A stretch of 60,801 bases of DNA, taken from positions 1 to 60,801 of the forward strand of contig JADZAA010000019.1 in NCBI GenBank assembly GCA_020852855.1, given 5' to 3'. Source of the DNA: Bacteroidota bacterium. Its GTDB lineage: Bacteria > Bacteroidota > Ignavibacteria > Kapaibacteriales > UBA961. The position numbers and the translations under genes were made by a program. Shown here in pieces: positions 39,072 through 49,690 of the stretch. How positions within the stretch are numbered: the stretch's first letter is position 1; each line of letters opens with the position of its first letter. The notes beneath the pieces are model-generated. The model saw nothing but the letters and a program-made list of their open reading frames with translations. It was not told the DNA's origin and did not search any database.

Positions 39072-41885
39072 ATGAAATTTTTACTGTCGTTCCGCAGCGT
39101 AAGCGCGGTAATTTTGTTCGTTGCCGTTGTGCTGGCGGGTTGTTCGTCGTCGGACACAGCGAAATATGCCCGTCCCAAATATAATTTGCTGGATTCGGTA
39201 AATACCGAAGCCGACGAAATAGCGCCGTTTATTGACAACGGCGAATTATATTTCACATCGAACAGAGAAGAGAGCGAGGATATCTGGCGCACTCCGGAGC
39301 GTGGCGACGGATTGACAGCCAAATTTGGTAAGGCTGCCAAAGACAGCGGCGACTTCAGCGCATTGCTTTCGCAAGGGGCGACAAACGACGGTACAATAGC
39401 ATTCCTTACGCCTAATTCCGGGTTTTTTGCTTCGGGACACGCTTTTGATTCCGTATTTGCCGCACGCTTTCAAACGACGGCCGGCGGAATTCTGGGCGGT
39501 ACGGATTTGTTCGGTTTCACAAGAAAAGACGGAAAAATTACCGTTGAAAACTTACGCCCGCTCAATTCGCAATTTTGGGATGCTCATCCCGCGGCTGCAC
39601 AACGCGAAGATACCGTTCTGTTGATTTTTGCCAGCGACCGCCCCGACCCGTCGGGTGCAAGCTCGCCCTTCAAAGGACAAAAAGCAATTACTGCCAAAGG
39701 AGATACGGTAGAGGGCAATACCGATTTGTTCTATGCTTTCCGTATAAACGGCAAGTGGAGTGCGCCCCGCAATATGATGACCGCGCCGGGAGGTGTTGCG
39801 GTTAATTCTTCGAAATTTGAATACTCTCCGTTTCTTTACTGCATTGACCAGCGGCCTACGCTATTGTTCGCCGGCGACCGTTCGGGCGATATGGATATTT
39901 ACCAAGCCGACCTTGACCTGAATTTCGGCAAGCAATTTATCGCCGTAAAAAACTGCGTTCCGCTTGCGCTTGGGCGCGACAGCATAAATATGTCGGCCAG
40001 CAACGAGCGATTCCCGTTTGTGCCTTATCCGCATGGCGGCGACGGCTCGCAAGCTCTGTATATCGCCAGCGACCGCTATGCCGCCCCCGCGCCGACAAGC
40101 GACGGACAGATGATGAAAAGCTTTGGCGGATATGATTTGTATCGCTTCTCGCTGCCTACGCAGTGCCGCGCTCCGATAGTGCAGTATCGCGTTGTGGTGC
40201 TTGACGGTGAAAATAATATGCGCCCCGTGAAAAATCCCGTGATTGAGCTTGTAAAACTCGACGGCAAATCTTCGTCGTTTGATGCAAAAAACAGCGCGTC
40301 GCTTCAGGGCAGAGCTTTACTTGCCAATACCCCGGCCGTACAATCGCAGAATGGCGGCGATACTTCGGTTAATGCGCAGCACACGCAAACGCAAGGCGGC
40401 GGCACTATTATTCGCTCTACGGAAAATCCGGCTTTATTTACGCTTGAATGGGGCAAAAAATACATGACTTTCGGCGGTTCGCTTTGGGATAAAATCGAAT
40501 GTGACCCGGCTCAATTGGCAATAGGGCGCACTATCGGCAGCTATGTTTCAATGAATTTTTCAGCCGCCGCGCCGCGCATAGAGTCGCGTAATGTTGGGAT
40601 TGAAATAGAGAAAATCACGGGCGGCTCAAAAATCGTAATCAGCGACACAACGCTCAAAACCGATACGCTGAATTGCGAAACATTGGGCGAAATATCTGCA
40701 AAACAGGAGCAATCCATCAAGTCGGTCGCCATATCGGGCGGAAATATACTCGTAACACGGGCTTTGGTTAATCGCCGCGAGGAAATTACCGGCGGCCGCC
40801 GCATTACGGAAACTGTTCGCGAAACCCGATACGACACAATACCGCGTTTTGACACAAGTTACATTAAAACTACAGAACGGCTTACGCCGTCGAATCTGTC
40901 AAAGGCCGGGATATTTCCGGCTTCTCTTTCCGCAAACGATACGGTAATAACCGATACCGTGATAATTTATCCCAAATACTACGAATATCCGCTTTGCGAA
41001 TGGGTATTTACGCGGGCTTTCAAGGACTATCGCAAAAATGTTCCGTATTTTCAGACCGGATTTTGGGAAGTTAATACCTCCAAAAACTTCGGGCGGCATA
41101 TAGAGATGTTTTCCGATAATGATGCATATAAAGGCGCTTCGTTTATTGAATTACACCCGTCCAATCAATACTTCGGTTCGCGTCTCGGAATGACGAACAA
41201 TCAACGCGAAGGGCGGAAATTGCGCCGCGAGCGGCGTAAAGTAGAATACCGGCACTTTGCCGACACCGTAGACCGCAATCTTCGTAAAATGGCCGAATCC
41301 ATTGCCGACGATATACTGCCTTCATTGATTGAACTGAATGCCAAATCGCCGGAGCAACAAAGCAAACTAATAGTCCAAATAGCGGCATATTCGGACGCTC
41401 GTGTAATTAAACGCGGCGACTATCGCGGCAGTGAAAAAATTGAATATGTATCGGGACATTACGACGAAGAACGAAAGGAAATTACGGCAAAAGATGTTTC
41501 CATTACACCCGGCGAATCAATGATAGGAGCGAATAACGACGTTCTCTCGAAACTTCGCGCATGGTTCGGCTACAGAGAATTATTGGCATTATTACGCCAA
41601 AACACTCTTTTCGAAGAAATGCTGAACAAAGGTGAAATTGTATTGCCGCAAGATATAACAGCGTCGGATTTTCGCCGAAAATGCGAGAACGCAAAGGTGA
41701 TAATCGTTATCGAAGGACGGCAGGTCGACGAGGAGCGCAAAGCCAAAGTGCAGGGCTATGCAGGTGAAGACAATGACTACTATTCTCTTGACGATGTGCG
41801 CCGTATTGATGTGCAGGTCAATCGTATACAATGGCAAAACGGCAAAATACTTGCACCGCCCTGCTGCGTAAGCAAAACGAATTGA
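39072..41885 (+). CDS. Large lipoprotein with PD40/TolB-like beta-propeller repeats and a possible OmpA-like C-terminal region
   Basis: Lipobox VVLAGC. Repeated PD40-type segments are present (EIAPFIDNGELYFTSNR, LLIFASDRPD, TLLFAGDRSGDMDIY, ALYIASDRY...GGYDLYRF). The C-terminal segment IVQIAAYSDARVIKRGDYRG is reminiscent of OmpA-like domains. Confidence 0.7.
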   Translation: MKFLLSFRSVSAVILFVAVVLAGCSSSDTAKYARPKYNLLDSVNTEADEIAPFIDNGELYFTSNREESEDIWRTPERGDGLTAKFGKAAKDSGDFSALLSQGATNDGTIAFLTPNSGFFASGHAFDSVFAARFQTTAGGILGGTDLFGFTRKDGKITVENLRPLNSQFWDAHPAAAQREDTVLLIFASDRPDPSGASSPFKGQKAITAKGDTVEGNTDLFYAFRINGKWSAPRNMMTAPGGVAVNSSKFEYSPFLYCIDQRPTLLFAGDRSGDMDIYQADLDLNFGKQFIAVKNCVPLALGRDSINMSASNERFPFVPYPHGGDGSQALYIASDRYAAPAPTSDGQMMKSFGGYDLYRFSLPTQCRAPIVQYRVVVLDGENNMRPVKNPVIELVKLDGKSSSFDAKNSASLQGRALLANTPAVQSQNGGDTSVNAQHTQTQGGGTIIRSTENPALFTLEWGKKYMTFGGSLWDKIECDPAQLAIGRTIGSYVSMNFSAAAPRIESRNVGIEIEKITGGSKIVISDTTLKTDTLNCETLGEISAKQEQSIKSVAISGGNILVTRALVNRREEITGGRRITETVRETRYDTIPRFDTSYIKTTERLTPSNLSKAGIFPASLSANDTVITDTVIIYPKYYEYPLCEWVFTRAFKDYRKNVPYFQTGFWEVNTSKNFGRHIEMFSDNDAYKGASFIELHPSNQYFGSRLGMTNNQREGRKLRRERRKVEYRHFADTVDRNLRKMAESIADDILPSLIELNAKSPEQQSKLIVQIAAYSDARVIKRGDYRGSEKIEYVSGHYDEERKEITAKDVSITPGESMIGANNDVLSKLRAWFGYRELLALLRQNTLFEEMLNKGEIVLPQDITASDFRRKCENAKVIIVIEGRQVDEERKAKVQGYAGEDNDYYSLDDVRRIDVQVNRIQWQNGKILAPPCCVSKTN

Positions 41886-42224
41886 TAAAAAGAGCCAATA
41901 CGTTTTTCACTCTTAAATATGGTGTAACTATATTGCCGGCAGAGAAATACCGGCGATAACAGGCGGATATTTCGTTGTATTCGTACCGATATTGGTTTTC
42001 AATGTCAGGCATAAATTATTAGCCGTAAAATTAAAATAAGGACTTCCCGAAACCGCGCATTTCCGCGCTTAAAACCAATCTATTTTAATTGTATCGATAG
42101 AAAGGCCCGTATTTTGCATAGAAATCACACGGGCAATGGCATAACTGCGCAAATACAATAGAGTTTATACGCTACTCGTCATAGATGATGCGTTGTCTGT
42201 GTAGTGCGCGGGGCGGATATGTGG

Positions 42225-42266
42225 GAGTGAAAGACGGTCGGCAGGCAGCCTTCAGCACTCTTTTTT
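42225..42266 (+). terminator. Hairpin plus T6 tract inside the long clpC upstream region (attenuator or small-RNA 3' end candidate)
   Basis: GAGTGAAAG...CTTCAGCACTC is an imperfect stem followed by TTTTTT at 42261-42266. It lies about 92 nt upstream of the clpC ATG and about 340 nt downstream of the previous stop. Confidence 0.35.
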
Positions 42267-42357
42267 GGGCACATCACTGCAACAAACACGCCGCCCGCCC
42301 GCACATTTTTGGCGTATAAATTACCAATTAACCAAACCGTTTCCGCAGAAAAACATT

Positions 42358-44871
42358 ATGGATGGGAACTTCTCTAATCGAGTTCAAGACGTAATCCGCC
42401 TGAGCCGCGAAGAAGCATTGCGATTAGGCCACGATTATATCGGTACCGAGCATTTGCTTCTGGGGATTATCCGCGAAGGCGAGGGCATTGCCGTTAAAAT
42501 TCTGCGCAATATGGGCGTTGATTTATTCAAGCTCAAAAAAATGATAGAAGATACGGTGCGTTCATCCAGCGGCGCCCTGACCATCGGCAATATACCGCTG
42601 ACAAAACAAGCCGAGAAAGTATTGAAAATTACGTACTTGGAAGCGAAACTCTATAAGTCGGAAGTTATAGGTACGGAGCATCTGTTGCTTTCGTTGTTGC
42701 GCGACGAAGATAATATAGCGGCTCAAATTCTCTCGACTTTTATGCTCAATTACGATAATGTTCGGAAAGAATTGGACAACATAATAAGCGGCCGCCCGAG
42801 TGCAGCCGTAAAGCCCGAGCGAATTGTATCATCGGGCAGTAAAGGGAAAGCCGTACCCGAACGACAAAAAACACCTGTTCTCGATAATTTCGGACGCGAT
42901 TTGACCAAACTTGCATTAGAAGGTAAATTGGACCCTGTTATCGGTCGCGAGAAAGAAATCGAGCGTGTGGCGCAAGTGCTGTCGCGCCGCAAGAAGAATA
43001 ATCCTGCTCTTATCGGCGAGCCCGGCGTGGGGAAGACCGCTATTGTCGAGGGGCTTGCTCTGCGTATAATAGAAAAGAAAGTATCTCGGGTATTATTCGA
43101 TAAACGCATAGTAACGCTTGATTTGGCATCGCTGGTGGCCGGTACGAAATATCGCGGGCAATTCGAGGAGCGAATGAAAGCCGTAATGAACGAGCTCGAA
43201 AAAGCCAAAGACGTTATTTTGTTTATTGACGAACTTCATACCATAGTCGGCGCGGGCGGCGCGTCGGGTTCGCTTGACGCATCTAATATGTTCAAGCCGG
43301 CATTGGCTCGCGGCGATATTCAATGCATCGGTGCAACTACGCTTGACGAATATCGTCAGTTTATCGAGAAAGACGGTGCATTAGACCGCAGATTCCAAAA
43401 AATCATGGTAGAGCCGCCCTCGCCGGCCGAAGCAATGCAAATACTTCGCAATGTAAAAGACCGCTACGAGGCGCACCACGGCGTTGAATACACAGCAGAA
43501 GCAGTAACGCAATGCGTGGTTCTGGCCGACCGCTACATAACCGACCGTTTCCTGCCCGATAAAGCACTCGACGTGTTGGACGAAGCCGGCGCACGTGTTC
43601 ATCTGGCTAATATACACGTACCGAAAGAAATTACGGAAATCGAAGAGAAAATCGAAGAAACACGTTTGAGAAAAAATTCCGTGGTAAAATCGCAGAACTT
43701 CGAAGAAGCGGCAAAATTACGCGATATTGAGAAGCGATTGCAACAAGACCTCGAATCGGCAAAGGAAGAATGGGATAGAAAGGCAAGCTCTACCATACAC
43801 ACAGTTTCGGAAAACGATATAGCCGATGTAGTGGCTATGATCACCGGCATACCCGTCAATAAAATAGCCGAGGGCGAATCGTCGAAACTGCTTAAAATGT
43901 CCGAAGAGCTCAAGAAAATGATAGTCGGGCAAGACGAAGCAATAGAGCATCTGGCAAAAGCAATTCGTCGCGCCCGCGCCGGGCTGAAAGACCCCGCCCG
44001 CCCGATAGGTTCGTTTATGTTCCTTGGCCCTACCGGCGTGGGAAAAACAGAACTGGCAAAGGTGCTGGCTAAATATATGTTCGACTCGGAAGACGCTCTT
44101 ATTCGCGTGGATATGAGCGAATATATGGAAAAATTTTCCGTATCGCGGCTCGTAGGCGCGCCTCCGGGCTATGTGGGATATGACGAAGGCGGACAACTTA
44201 CCGAGAAAGTACGCCGCAAGCCGTACAGTATAATTCTGCTGGACGAAATTGAAAAAGCGCATCCCGATATGTTTAACATATTGTTGCAAGTATTCGACGA
44301 CGGCGTTCTGACCGACGGACTCGGCCGGCGCGTGGACTTCAAGAATACGATTATCATTATGACGTCGAATATAGGAGTGCGCGACGTAAAGCCGGGCGGT
44401 CGCATCGGATTTTCCGATAAGTCGCCCGACAGCGAATACGAGCAGATGCGCACTACTATTGAGGAGGCTATGCGGCGCGTATTCAATCCCGAATTTATTA
44501 ACCGAATTGATGATTACATTGTGTTCCGCCAATTAAAGAAGGAACATATTTACCGTATTATAGATATACAACTCGGACGCTTGTTAAAGCGTATGCAATC
44601 AAACAATATTACGGTGGAACTTGATGCCTTGGCCAAAGATTTCCTGGCCGACAAAGGATTCGACGAGAAATACGGTGCGCGTCCGCTGAAACGCGCCGTG
44701 CAGCGCTATCTTGAGGATCCTTTGGCCGAAGAATTATTGCGCAACGGCATCAAAGACAATACAAAAATTACCGCTACTTACAACGAAGAATCAAAGCAGT
44801 TGGCCTTTACTTTTACTACGGCCGCCGCCCCCGAAGAAGCAACGCCGCTTGAGGAAGGAACTGCGGCTTAA
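42358..44871 (+). CDS. clpC: ATP-dependent Clp protease ATP-binding subunit ClpC
   Basis: Duplicated Clp_N repeat (GHDYIGTEHLLLGI / VIGTEHLLLSLL), two AAA+ modules (GEPGVGKT and GPTGVGKT), a short UVR-like linker (FEEAAKLRDIEKRL) and an IGF ClpP-docking loop. The upstream extension to 42265 has no homology-like content. Confidence 0.93.
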   Translation: MDGNFSNRVQDVIRLSREEALRLGHDYIGTEHLLLGIIREGEGIAVKILRNMGVDLFKLKKMIEDTVRSSSGALTIGNIPLTKQAEKVLKITYLEAKLYKSEVIGTEHLLLSLLRDEDNIAAQILSTFMLNYDNVRKELDNIISGRPSAAVKPERIVSSGSKGKAVPERQKTPVLDNFGRDLTKLALEGKLDPVIGREKEIERVAQVLSRRKKNNPALIGEPGVGKTAIVEGLALRIIEKKVSRVLFDKRIVTLDLASLVAGTKYRGQFEERMKAVMNELEKAKDVILFIDELHTIVGAGGASGSLDASNMFKPALARGDIQCIGATTLDEYRQFIEKDGALDRRFQKIMVEPPSPAEAMQILRNVKDRYEAHHGVEYTAEAVTQCVVLADRYITDRFLPDKALDVLDEAGARVHLANIHVPKEITEIEEKIEETRLRKNSVVKSQNFEEAAKLRDIEKRLQQDLESAKEEWDRKASSTIHTVSENDIADVVAMITGIPVNKIAEGESSKLLKMSEELKKMIVGQDEAIEHLAKAIRRARAGLKDPARPIGSFMFLGPTGVGKTELAKVLAKYMFDSEDALIRVDMSEYMEKFSVSRLVGAPPGYVGYDEGGQLTEKVRRKPYSIILLDEIEKAHPDMFNILLQVFDDGVLTDGLGRRVDFKNTIIIMTSNIGVRDVKPGGRIGFSDKSPDSEYEQMRTTIEEAMRRVFNPEFINRIDDYIVFRQLKKEHIYRIIDIQLGRLLKRMQSNNITVELDALAKDFLADKGFDEKYGARPLKRAVQRYLEDPLAEELLRNGIKDNTKITATYNEESKQLAFTFTTAAAPEEATPLEEGTAA

Positions 44872-44907
44872 ACCGTGTGAAATAAGCAGTATAAAGTAAT
44901 TTGCAAC

Positions 44908-44950
44908 GCAAGCCCTTATTCCCCGAACCGGATAAGGGCTTGCGCTTTAT
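44908..44950 (+). terminator. Rho-independent terminator candidate after clpC
   Basis: GCAAGCCCTTAT / ATAAGGGCTTGC is a perfect 12-bp stem with a 12-nt loop, followed by GCTTTAT. Confidence 0.7.
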
Positions 44951-45047
44951 ATAATTGCAACCGTTTTTCTGCAAATGCTTTGTGCAAGCCTTGTATTTTT
45001 GCGTATAACAACAAAAACACTACGAGTAAATTTAACTTTTGCACAAT

Positions 45048-46091
45048 ATGTCCGCCGAATCCATACGCCTTACTCAATTCAGCCATGGAGCAGGTTGCGG
45101 CTGCAAGATTGCTCCGGAAACTCTCGATAAAATCCTGCATAATTTAGAACAATTCCCCGCCGCTGACGGTTTGCTCGTGGGAAACAATTCCCGCGACGAT
45201 GCTGCGGTTTTCAATATCGGCAATGAAACTGCATTGATAGCCACAACCGATTTTTTTATGCCTATTGTTGATAACCCGTTCGATTTCGGGCGAATAGCCG
45301 CGGCTAATGCTATCAGCGACGTTTATGCAATGGGCGGACGGCCTTTAATGGCAATAGCCATACTTGGCTGGCCATTGAATAAATTATCGCCTGAAACGGC
45401 AGGGCAAGTTATAGCCGGCGGACGTTACGTATGTGCCGAAGCGGGTATTCCGCTTGCGGGCGGACATAGCATTGATTGCCCCGAACCGATTTTCGGATTA
45501 GCCGTGAACGGTCTTGCGCCTATCGTAAATATAAAACGCAACGATACAGCACAATCGGGTGATTATCTGTTTATTACCAAGCCGTTAGGCGTAGGAATAC
45601 TTACAACTGCCGAAAAAAAAGGAATACTCGGCGATGGTGATACAGGTATTGCCGCAGCAAGCATGATGAAACTTAATCATATTGGCGAAAGGCTCGGTAA
45701 TTTACGCGGCGTTACGGCTATGACCGATATAACGGGTTTCGGATTATTGGGGCATTTAAAGGAAATGTGCGAGGGAAGCGGCGTAAGTGCGGAAATTACT
45801 ATGCGCGATGTTCCTATATTTGAAAATCTGGATTTTTACATAGAAAACAAGGCTATTCCCGGCGGAACCGAGCGAAATTGGGCAAGTTACGGTACAAGTG
45901 TAAGCGAAATTGACGAAAGAACCCGCACTATTCTTGCCGACCCGCAGACAAGCGGCGGTTTGCTTGCGGCTGTTCGTCCCGATGCCGCCGATGAAGTAAT
46001 TCAAGCTTTTGAACAATTCGGATTAGAAAAATTCTGCAAGCCTATTGGCCGCCTTACCGAAAGCAATACAACCCTAATTAACGTAATATAA
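45048..46091 (+). CDS. selD: Selenide, water dikinase (selenophosphate synthetase), Cys-type
   Basis: N-terminal [14 protein letters not shown] active-site loop (Cys, not a TGA codon), followed by the PurM-like AIR-synthase fold segments DDAAV...TTDFF and GGHSI. Confidence 0.92.
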   Translation: MSAESIRLTQFSHGAGCGCKIAPETLDKILHNLEQFPAADGLLVGNNSRDDAAVFNIGNETALIATTDFFMPIVDNPFDFGRIAAANAISDVYAMGGRPLMAIAILGWPLNKLSPETAGQVIAGGRYVCAEAGIPLAGGHSIDCPEPIFGLAVNGLAPIVNIKRNDTAQSGDYLFITKPLGVGILTTAEKKGILGDGDTGIAAASMMKLNHIGERLGNLRGVTAMTDITGFGLLGHLKEMCEGSGVSAEITMRDVPIFENLDFYIENKAIPGGTERNWASYGTSVSEIDERTRTILADPQTSGGLLAAVRPDAADEVIQAFEQFGLEKFCKPIGRLTESNTTLINVI

Positions 46092-46157
46092 GCGTATTGC
46101 CGCTTTTTTAATTATATTCGTGCTTCAATGTCGTATAATCACAAAAACAACAACACT

Positions 46158-49100
46158 ATGAAATTTGCAACCGTTTTATGCTGTTTAGCACTGTTGATAT
46201 CCGGTGCGTTGCCGTCGGTTCTGACCGCACAAAAAAAAAGCGGAAAAGCAAAGCAATCGCCCGTTGCTTCGGCTAAATTGTTCAAACTGATGACACCCGA
46301 ACAAACGGGTGTAAACTTCAATAATTTGATGCCCACGCCAAAAGAATTTAAACCTACAAGCAGACTATTCACAATTGCCGGCGGCGGTACTGCGGTTGGC
46401 GATGTGAACGGCGACGGATTACCCGATATTTTTCAGACGAATTTCCTGCGCGGCAATAAGCTATATATAAACAAAGGCAATTGGAAATTTGAAGAAGCGG
46501 CCGGTGCGGGAGTGGCTGATACTTCCGGCTTCGGTTTCGGGGCTGCAATGGTTGATATTGACGGCGACGGCGACCTCGACATATACGTTACCAAGTATAA
46601 TTTCGAGGCAAACAGATTGTTTATTAACGACGGGAAGGGACATTTTGTTGAACGTGCCAAAGAGTTCGGTCTCGACCATATCGCCAACGGCATACAAACC
46701 ACGTTCTTCGATTATGACCTCGACGGCGACCTCGACGCATTGATTATAGACAATGGGATACAGAAGCCGGGGCATGAGCATCATTCCGGTGCGCAGCCGC
46801 GTATGATGCGCAATAACGGTGACGGAACGTTCAGCGACGTAAGCGACGTATGCGGGATTACCCATAAAGGCTACGGATTAAGTGCCACCGCCGCCGATAT
46901 AAATAATGACGGCTGGCCTGATGTGTATATAGCCAACGACTTTGAAGAAAAGGACTATCTCTATATCAATCGCCATAACGGAACATTTGTGCCGTTGCCG
47001 CATGACAGCATACCTCATACCGTTATGTTCGGCATGGGCAACGACGTAGCAGATTTTAACAATGACGGATATATGGATATTTACACCGTTGATATGATGC
47101 CCGAACGCCATGAGCGGCGTAATATGCACTTTGAAACAATTTCCACGTTTAATTCCGTTTTCGACTCTACTCAAATTATTCAGAATACGATGCTGTTTAA
47201 TCGCGGCAACGGATTTTTCAGCGATATTGCGCCAATGTCGAAACTTCATGCTACGGAATGGAGTTGGGCTCCATTATTCGCCGATTTTGATAATGACGGC
47301 TGGAAAGACGCTTTCGTAACCAACGGGCTGATGTGGGATATTATGGACAAGGACTTTAACAAGTTCGGCATTACAAATCAAATGCTTGCCGATATGTGGC
47401 ACGAACGCGGAAGTATGGACGTTACGCCGATAGTGCGCAATATCAAGCGAACTCGTGTTCAGAATTACCTTTTTCGTAATAACGGCGACTTGACATTCAG
47501 CAAAGCCAGCGATGAATGGGGAATGGAAGAGCCGTTCAATTCTTGCTCCGCGGCTTATGCGGATTTCGACCTCGACGGCGACCTGGATTTAGTTGTGGGA
47601 AGTATTGATTCGGTTACGTTTATGTATCGGAACATGTCGCGCGAGAATTTCAAAACCAATTATTTGCAGGTGCGATGCGCGGGCGGACGCAAGAATACGC
47701 AGGGAATAGGAGCGCGTGTTGAGATTCAGGCGGGCGGAATTACACAAATACAGGAAATGGCCGGAACGCGCGGGTTCGCTTCGTCGGTGGAGCCTGTTCT
47801 TCATTTCGGTCTTGGAAAAACGACAAAAATAGACAGACTTCGGATTCTGTGGCCGGGCGGCTCGGAACAGATACTGACCAATGTAAAGCCTAATCAACGC
47901 ATTACGCTAAATGAACGCGCCGCAACACCGGCCGGCAAGCAAAAAAGCGTGGAAAACAAGACGTTGCTTACGGCGCAACCAGCCGATATTTCGTTGAATT
48001 TTAACCAACGCGAGAACGATTACGACGATTTTTACAGCGAGCGTTTATTGCCGCATAAACTTTCTACCAACGGCCCGGCGGTTGCAACGGCCGACCTTGA
48101 CGGCGACGGCCGCTACGATATAGCGTTCGGCGGCGCGGAGGGCTATCCTGCCGTTGTGTTCTTGCAAAAGCAAGACGGGATTTTTACCGAAACCGTACAG
48201 CCTGCCTTTAGAACAGATTCAATCTTTGAAGATCAGGGTATATTACTGATTGACCTTGACGGCGACGGCGATATTGATATGTTTGCAGCAAGCGGGGGCA
48301 ATGAAACCGCATCGGACAGTTTGCCGCTTTTGCAGAACAGGATATATCTGAACGACGGCAAAGGAAATTTCAAAAGAGGCATAGACCCGCCGCAATCTTT
48401 GTCGTCCGCTTCATGCGTTATTGCCGCCGATTTTGACCTTGACGGCAAGCAAGATATATTTATAGGCGGGCGAAATGTTCCGGGAAAATTCGATTTAACG
48501 CCGAAAAGTTATCTGTTGCATAATGACGGAGGCGGGCGTTTTTCCGATGTTACCGACCTGCTTGCACAGCCGTTGACTTCCTGCGGAAAAGTAACTTCGG
48601 CTTTATGGTCCGATTACGACAATGACGGCGATCCCGATTTGATAGTAGCCGGTGAATGGATGCCTGTTAAAATTTTCCGAAATAATCAGGGAGCATTCCA
48701 AGAAGCAACCGATAATGCCGGACTTACGAATTATTCCGGATTTTGGAACGGTGTGGCGGGTGCAGATTTCGATAATGACGGTGATATTGATTACGTTGCA
48801 GGCAATTTGGGAACAAATTCCATCTATAAAGCATCGCCGGAATCGCCGCTCGAATTTTATGCCGCCGATTTTGACGACAACGGCAGCATGGACTATCTTA
48901 TGGGCTATCATCGCGGGGATTCAGTCTATCCGGCACGGCTCGCCTCGCAGCTGTATGCGCATATGCCTACGCTTAAAGGAAAATTCCCCGATAATACCAA
49001 TATTTCAAATGCACCGTTGAGCCGCATCGTTGGTATCGGAAATCTCGACAAGGCTGTTCACTTGCAAGTAAAAACTTGTAACAGCGCGTACTTACAGAAC

Positions 49101-49661
49101 AACGGAAATGGTACGTTCTCTGTTAAATCGTTGCCTGTTATAGCTCAAATTGCTCCTATCTACGGAGTAATTGCGCAGGATTTTAATGCCGACGGCAATA
49201 TAGACGTGGCCGTATGCGGTAATTTCTACGGACCCGACAGAGAGCAATGGCGATATGATGCCGGCGCCGGATTAATAATGCTTGGCGACGGTAATGGCGA
49301 TTTTAATCCGCTCACAATAAGAGAAAGCGGATTTTTTACGCCTAAAGAAGCGCGCGGCATTGCCGAAATACCAATAAAAAATACTAATGCCTTAGTGCTG
49401 ATAGTAGCGAACAACAAAGCGGCAGCCCAAGTATTCGAAAAGACATATCAACAATCCGACTCAAAAGTACTTCCGGTAGATATGGCGCAAAACTACAGCC
49501 ACGCGATTATTACCCTGAAAAACGGCCAAAAACGCAGGCAGGAATTCTATTGCGGCTCGGGATATTATTCACAGTCGGCGCAACTTCTCGTTCTGCCGAA
49601 AGATGTAAAAAATGTGCAGTTTTACCGTAAGAATACCTTGCAAAGCGAAGTGAAGTTCTAA
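46158..49661 (+). CDS. CRTAC1-family secreted protein (FG-GAP/VCBS repeats plus an ASPIC/UnbV domain)
   Basis: It has a signal peptide and many DxDGDGDLD-type FG-GAP/VCBS calcium-binding repeats. The central segment GIGARVEIQAGG..QIQEM...GFASSVEPVLHFGLG is typical of ASPIC/UnbV. Confidence 0.88.
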   Translation: MKFATVLCCLALLISGALPSVLTAQKKSGKAKQSPVASAKLFKLMTPEQTGVNFNNLMPTPKEFKPTSRLFTIAGGGTAVGDVNGDGLPDIFQTNFLRGNKLYINKGNWKFEEAAGAGVADTSGFGFGAAMVDIDGDGDLDIYVTKYNFEANRLFINDGKGHFVERAKEFGLDHIANGIQTTFFDYDLDGDLDALIIDNGIQKPGHEHHSGAQPRMMRNNGDGTFSDVSDVCGITHKGYGLSATAADINNDGWPDVYIANDFEEKDYLYINRHNGTFVPLPHDSIPHTVMFGMGNDVADFNNDGYMDIYTVDMMPERHERRNMHFETISTFNSVFDSTQIIQNTMLFNRGNGFFSDIAPMSKLHATEWSWAPLFADFDNDGWKDAFVTNGLMWDIMDKDFNKFGITNQMLADMWHERGSMDVTPIVRNIKRTRVQNYLFRNNGDLTFSKASDEWGMEEPFNSCSAAYADFDLDGDLDLVVGSIDSVTFMYRNMSRENFKTNYLQVRCAGGRKNTQGIGARVEIQAGGITQIQEMAGTRGFASSVEPVLHFGLGKTTKIDRLRILWPGGSEQILTNVKPNQRITLNERAATPAGKQKSVENKTLLTAQPADISLNFNQRENDYDDFYSERLLPHKLSTNGPAVATADLDGDGRYDIAFGGAEGYPAVVFLQKQDGIFTETVQPAFRTDSIFEDQGILLIDLDGDGDIDMFAASGGNETASDSLPLLQNRIYLNDGKGNFKRGIDPPQSLSSASCVIAADFDLDGKQDIFIGGRNVPGKFDLTPKSYLLHNDGGGRFSDVTDLLAQPLTSCGKVTSALWSDYDNDGDPDLIVAGEWMPVKIFRNNQGAFQEATDNAGLTNYSGFWNGVAGADFDNDGDIDYVAGNLGTNSIYKASPESPLEFYAADFDDNGSMDYLMGYHRGDSVYPARLASQLYAHMPTLKGKFPDNTNISNAPLSRIVGIGNLDKAVHLQVKTCNSAYLQNNGNGTFSVKSLPVIAQIAPIYGVIAQDFNADGNIDVAVCGNFYGPDREQWRYDAGAGLIMLGDGNGDFNPLTIRESGFFTPKEARGIAEIPIKNTNALVLIVANNKAAAQVFEKTYQQSDSKVLPVDMAQNYSHAIITLKNGQKRRQEFYCGSGYYSQSAQLLVLPKDVKNVQFYRKNTLQSEVKF

Positions 49662-49690
49662 TCTGTCGGCATATTGCGCTCTTGTATAGA

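Noticed and set aside
42100-42266. SRP RNA, tmRNA or RNase P RNA in the clpC upstream region
   Set aside because: GGTCGGCAGGCAGCC only loosely resembles the SRP domain IV motif (GGUCCGGAAGGAAGCAGCC), and the GNRA loop is missing. GGGGCGGA... lacks a tmRNA tag ORF and acceptor end. GAGTGAAAGACGG does not match the RNase P GAGGAAAGUCCGGGC core. I kept it only as a generic hairpin/U-tract candidate.
43717-44532. A 271-aa minus-strand ORF inside clpC
   Set aside because: It is a shadow ORF opposite the second AAA+ module of ClpC.
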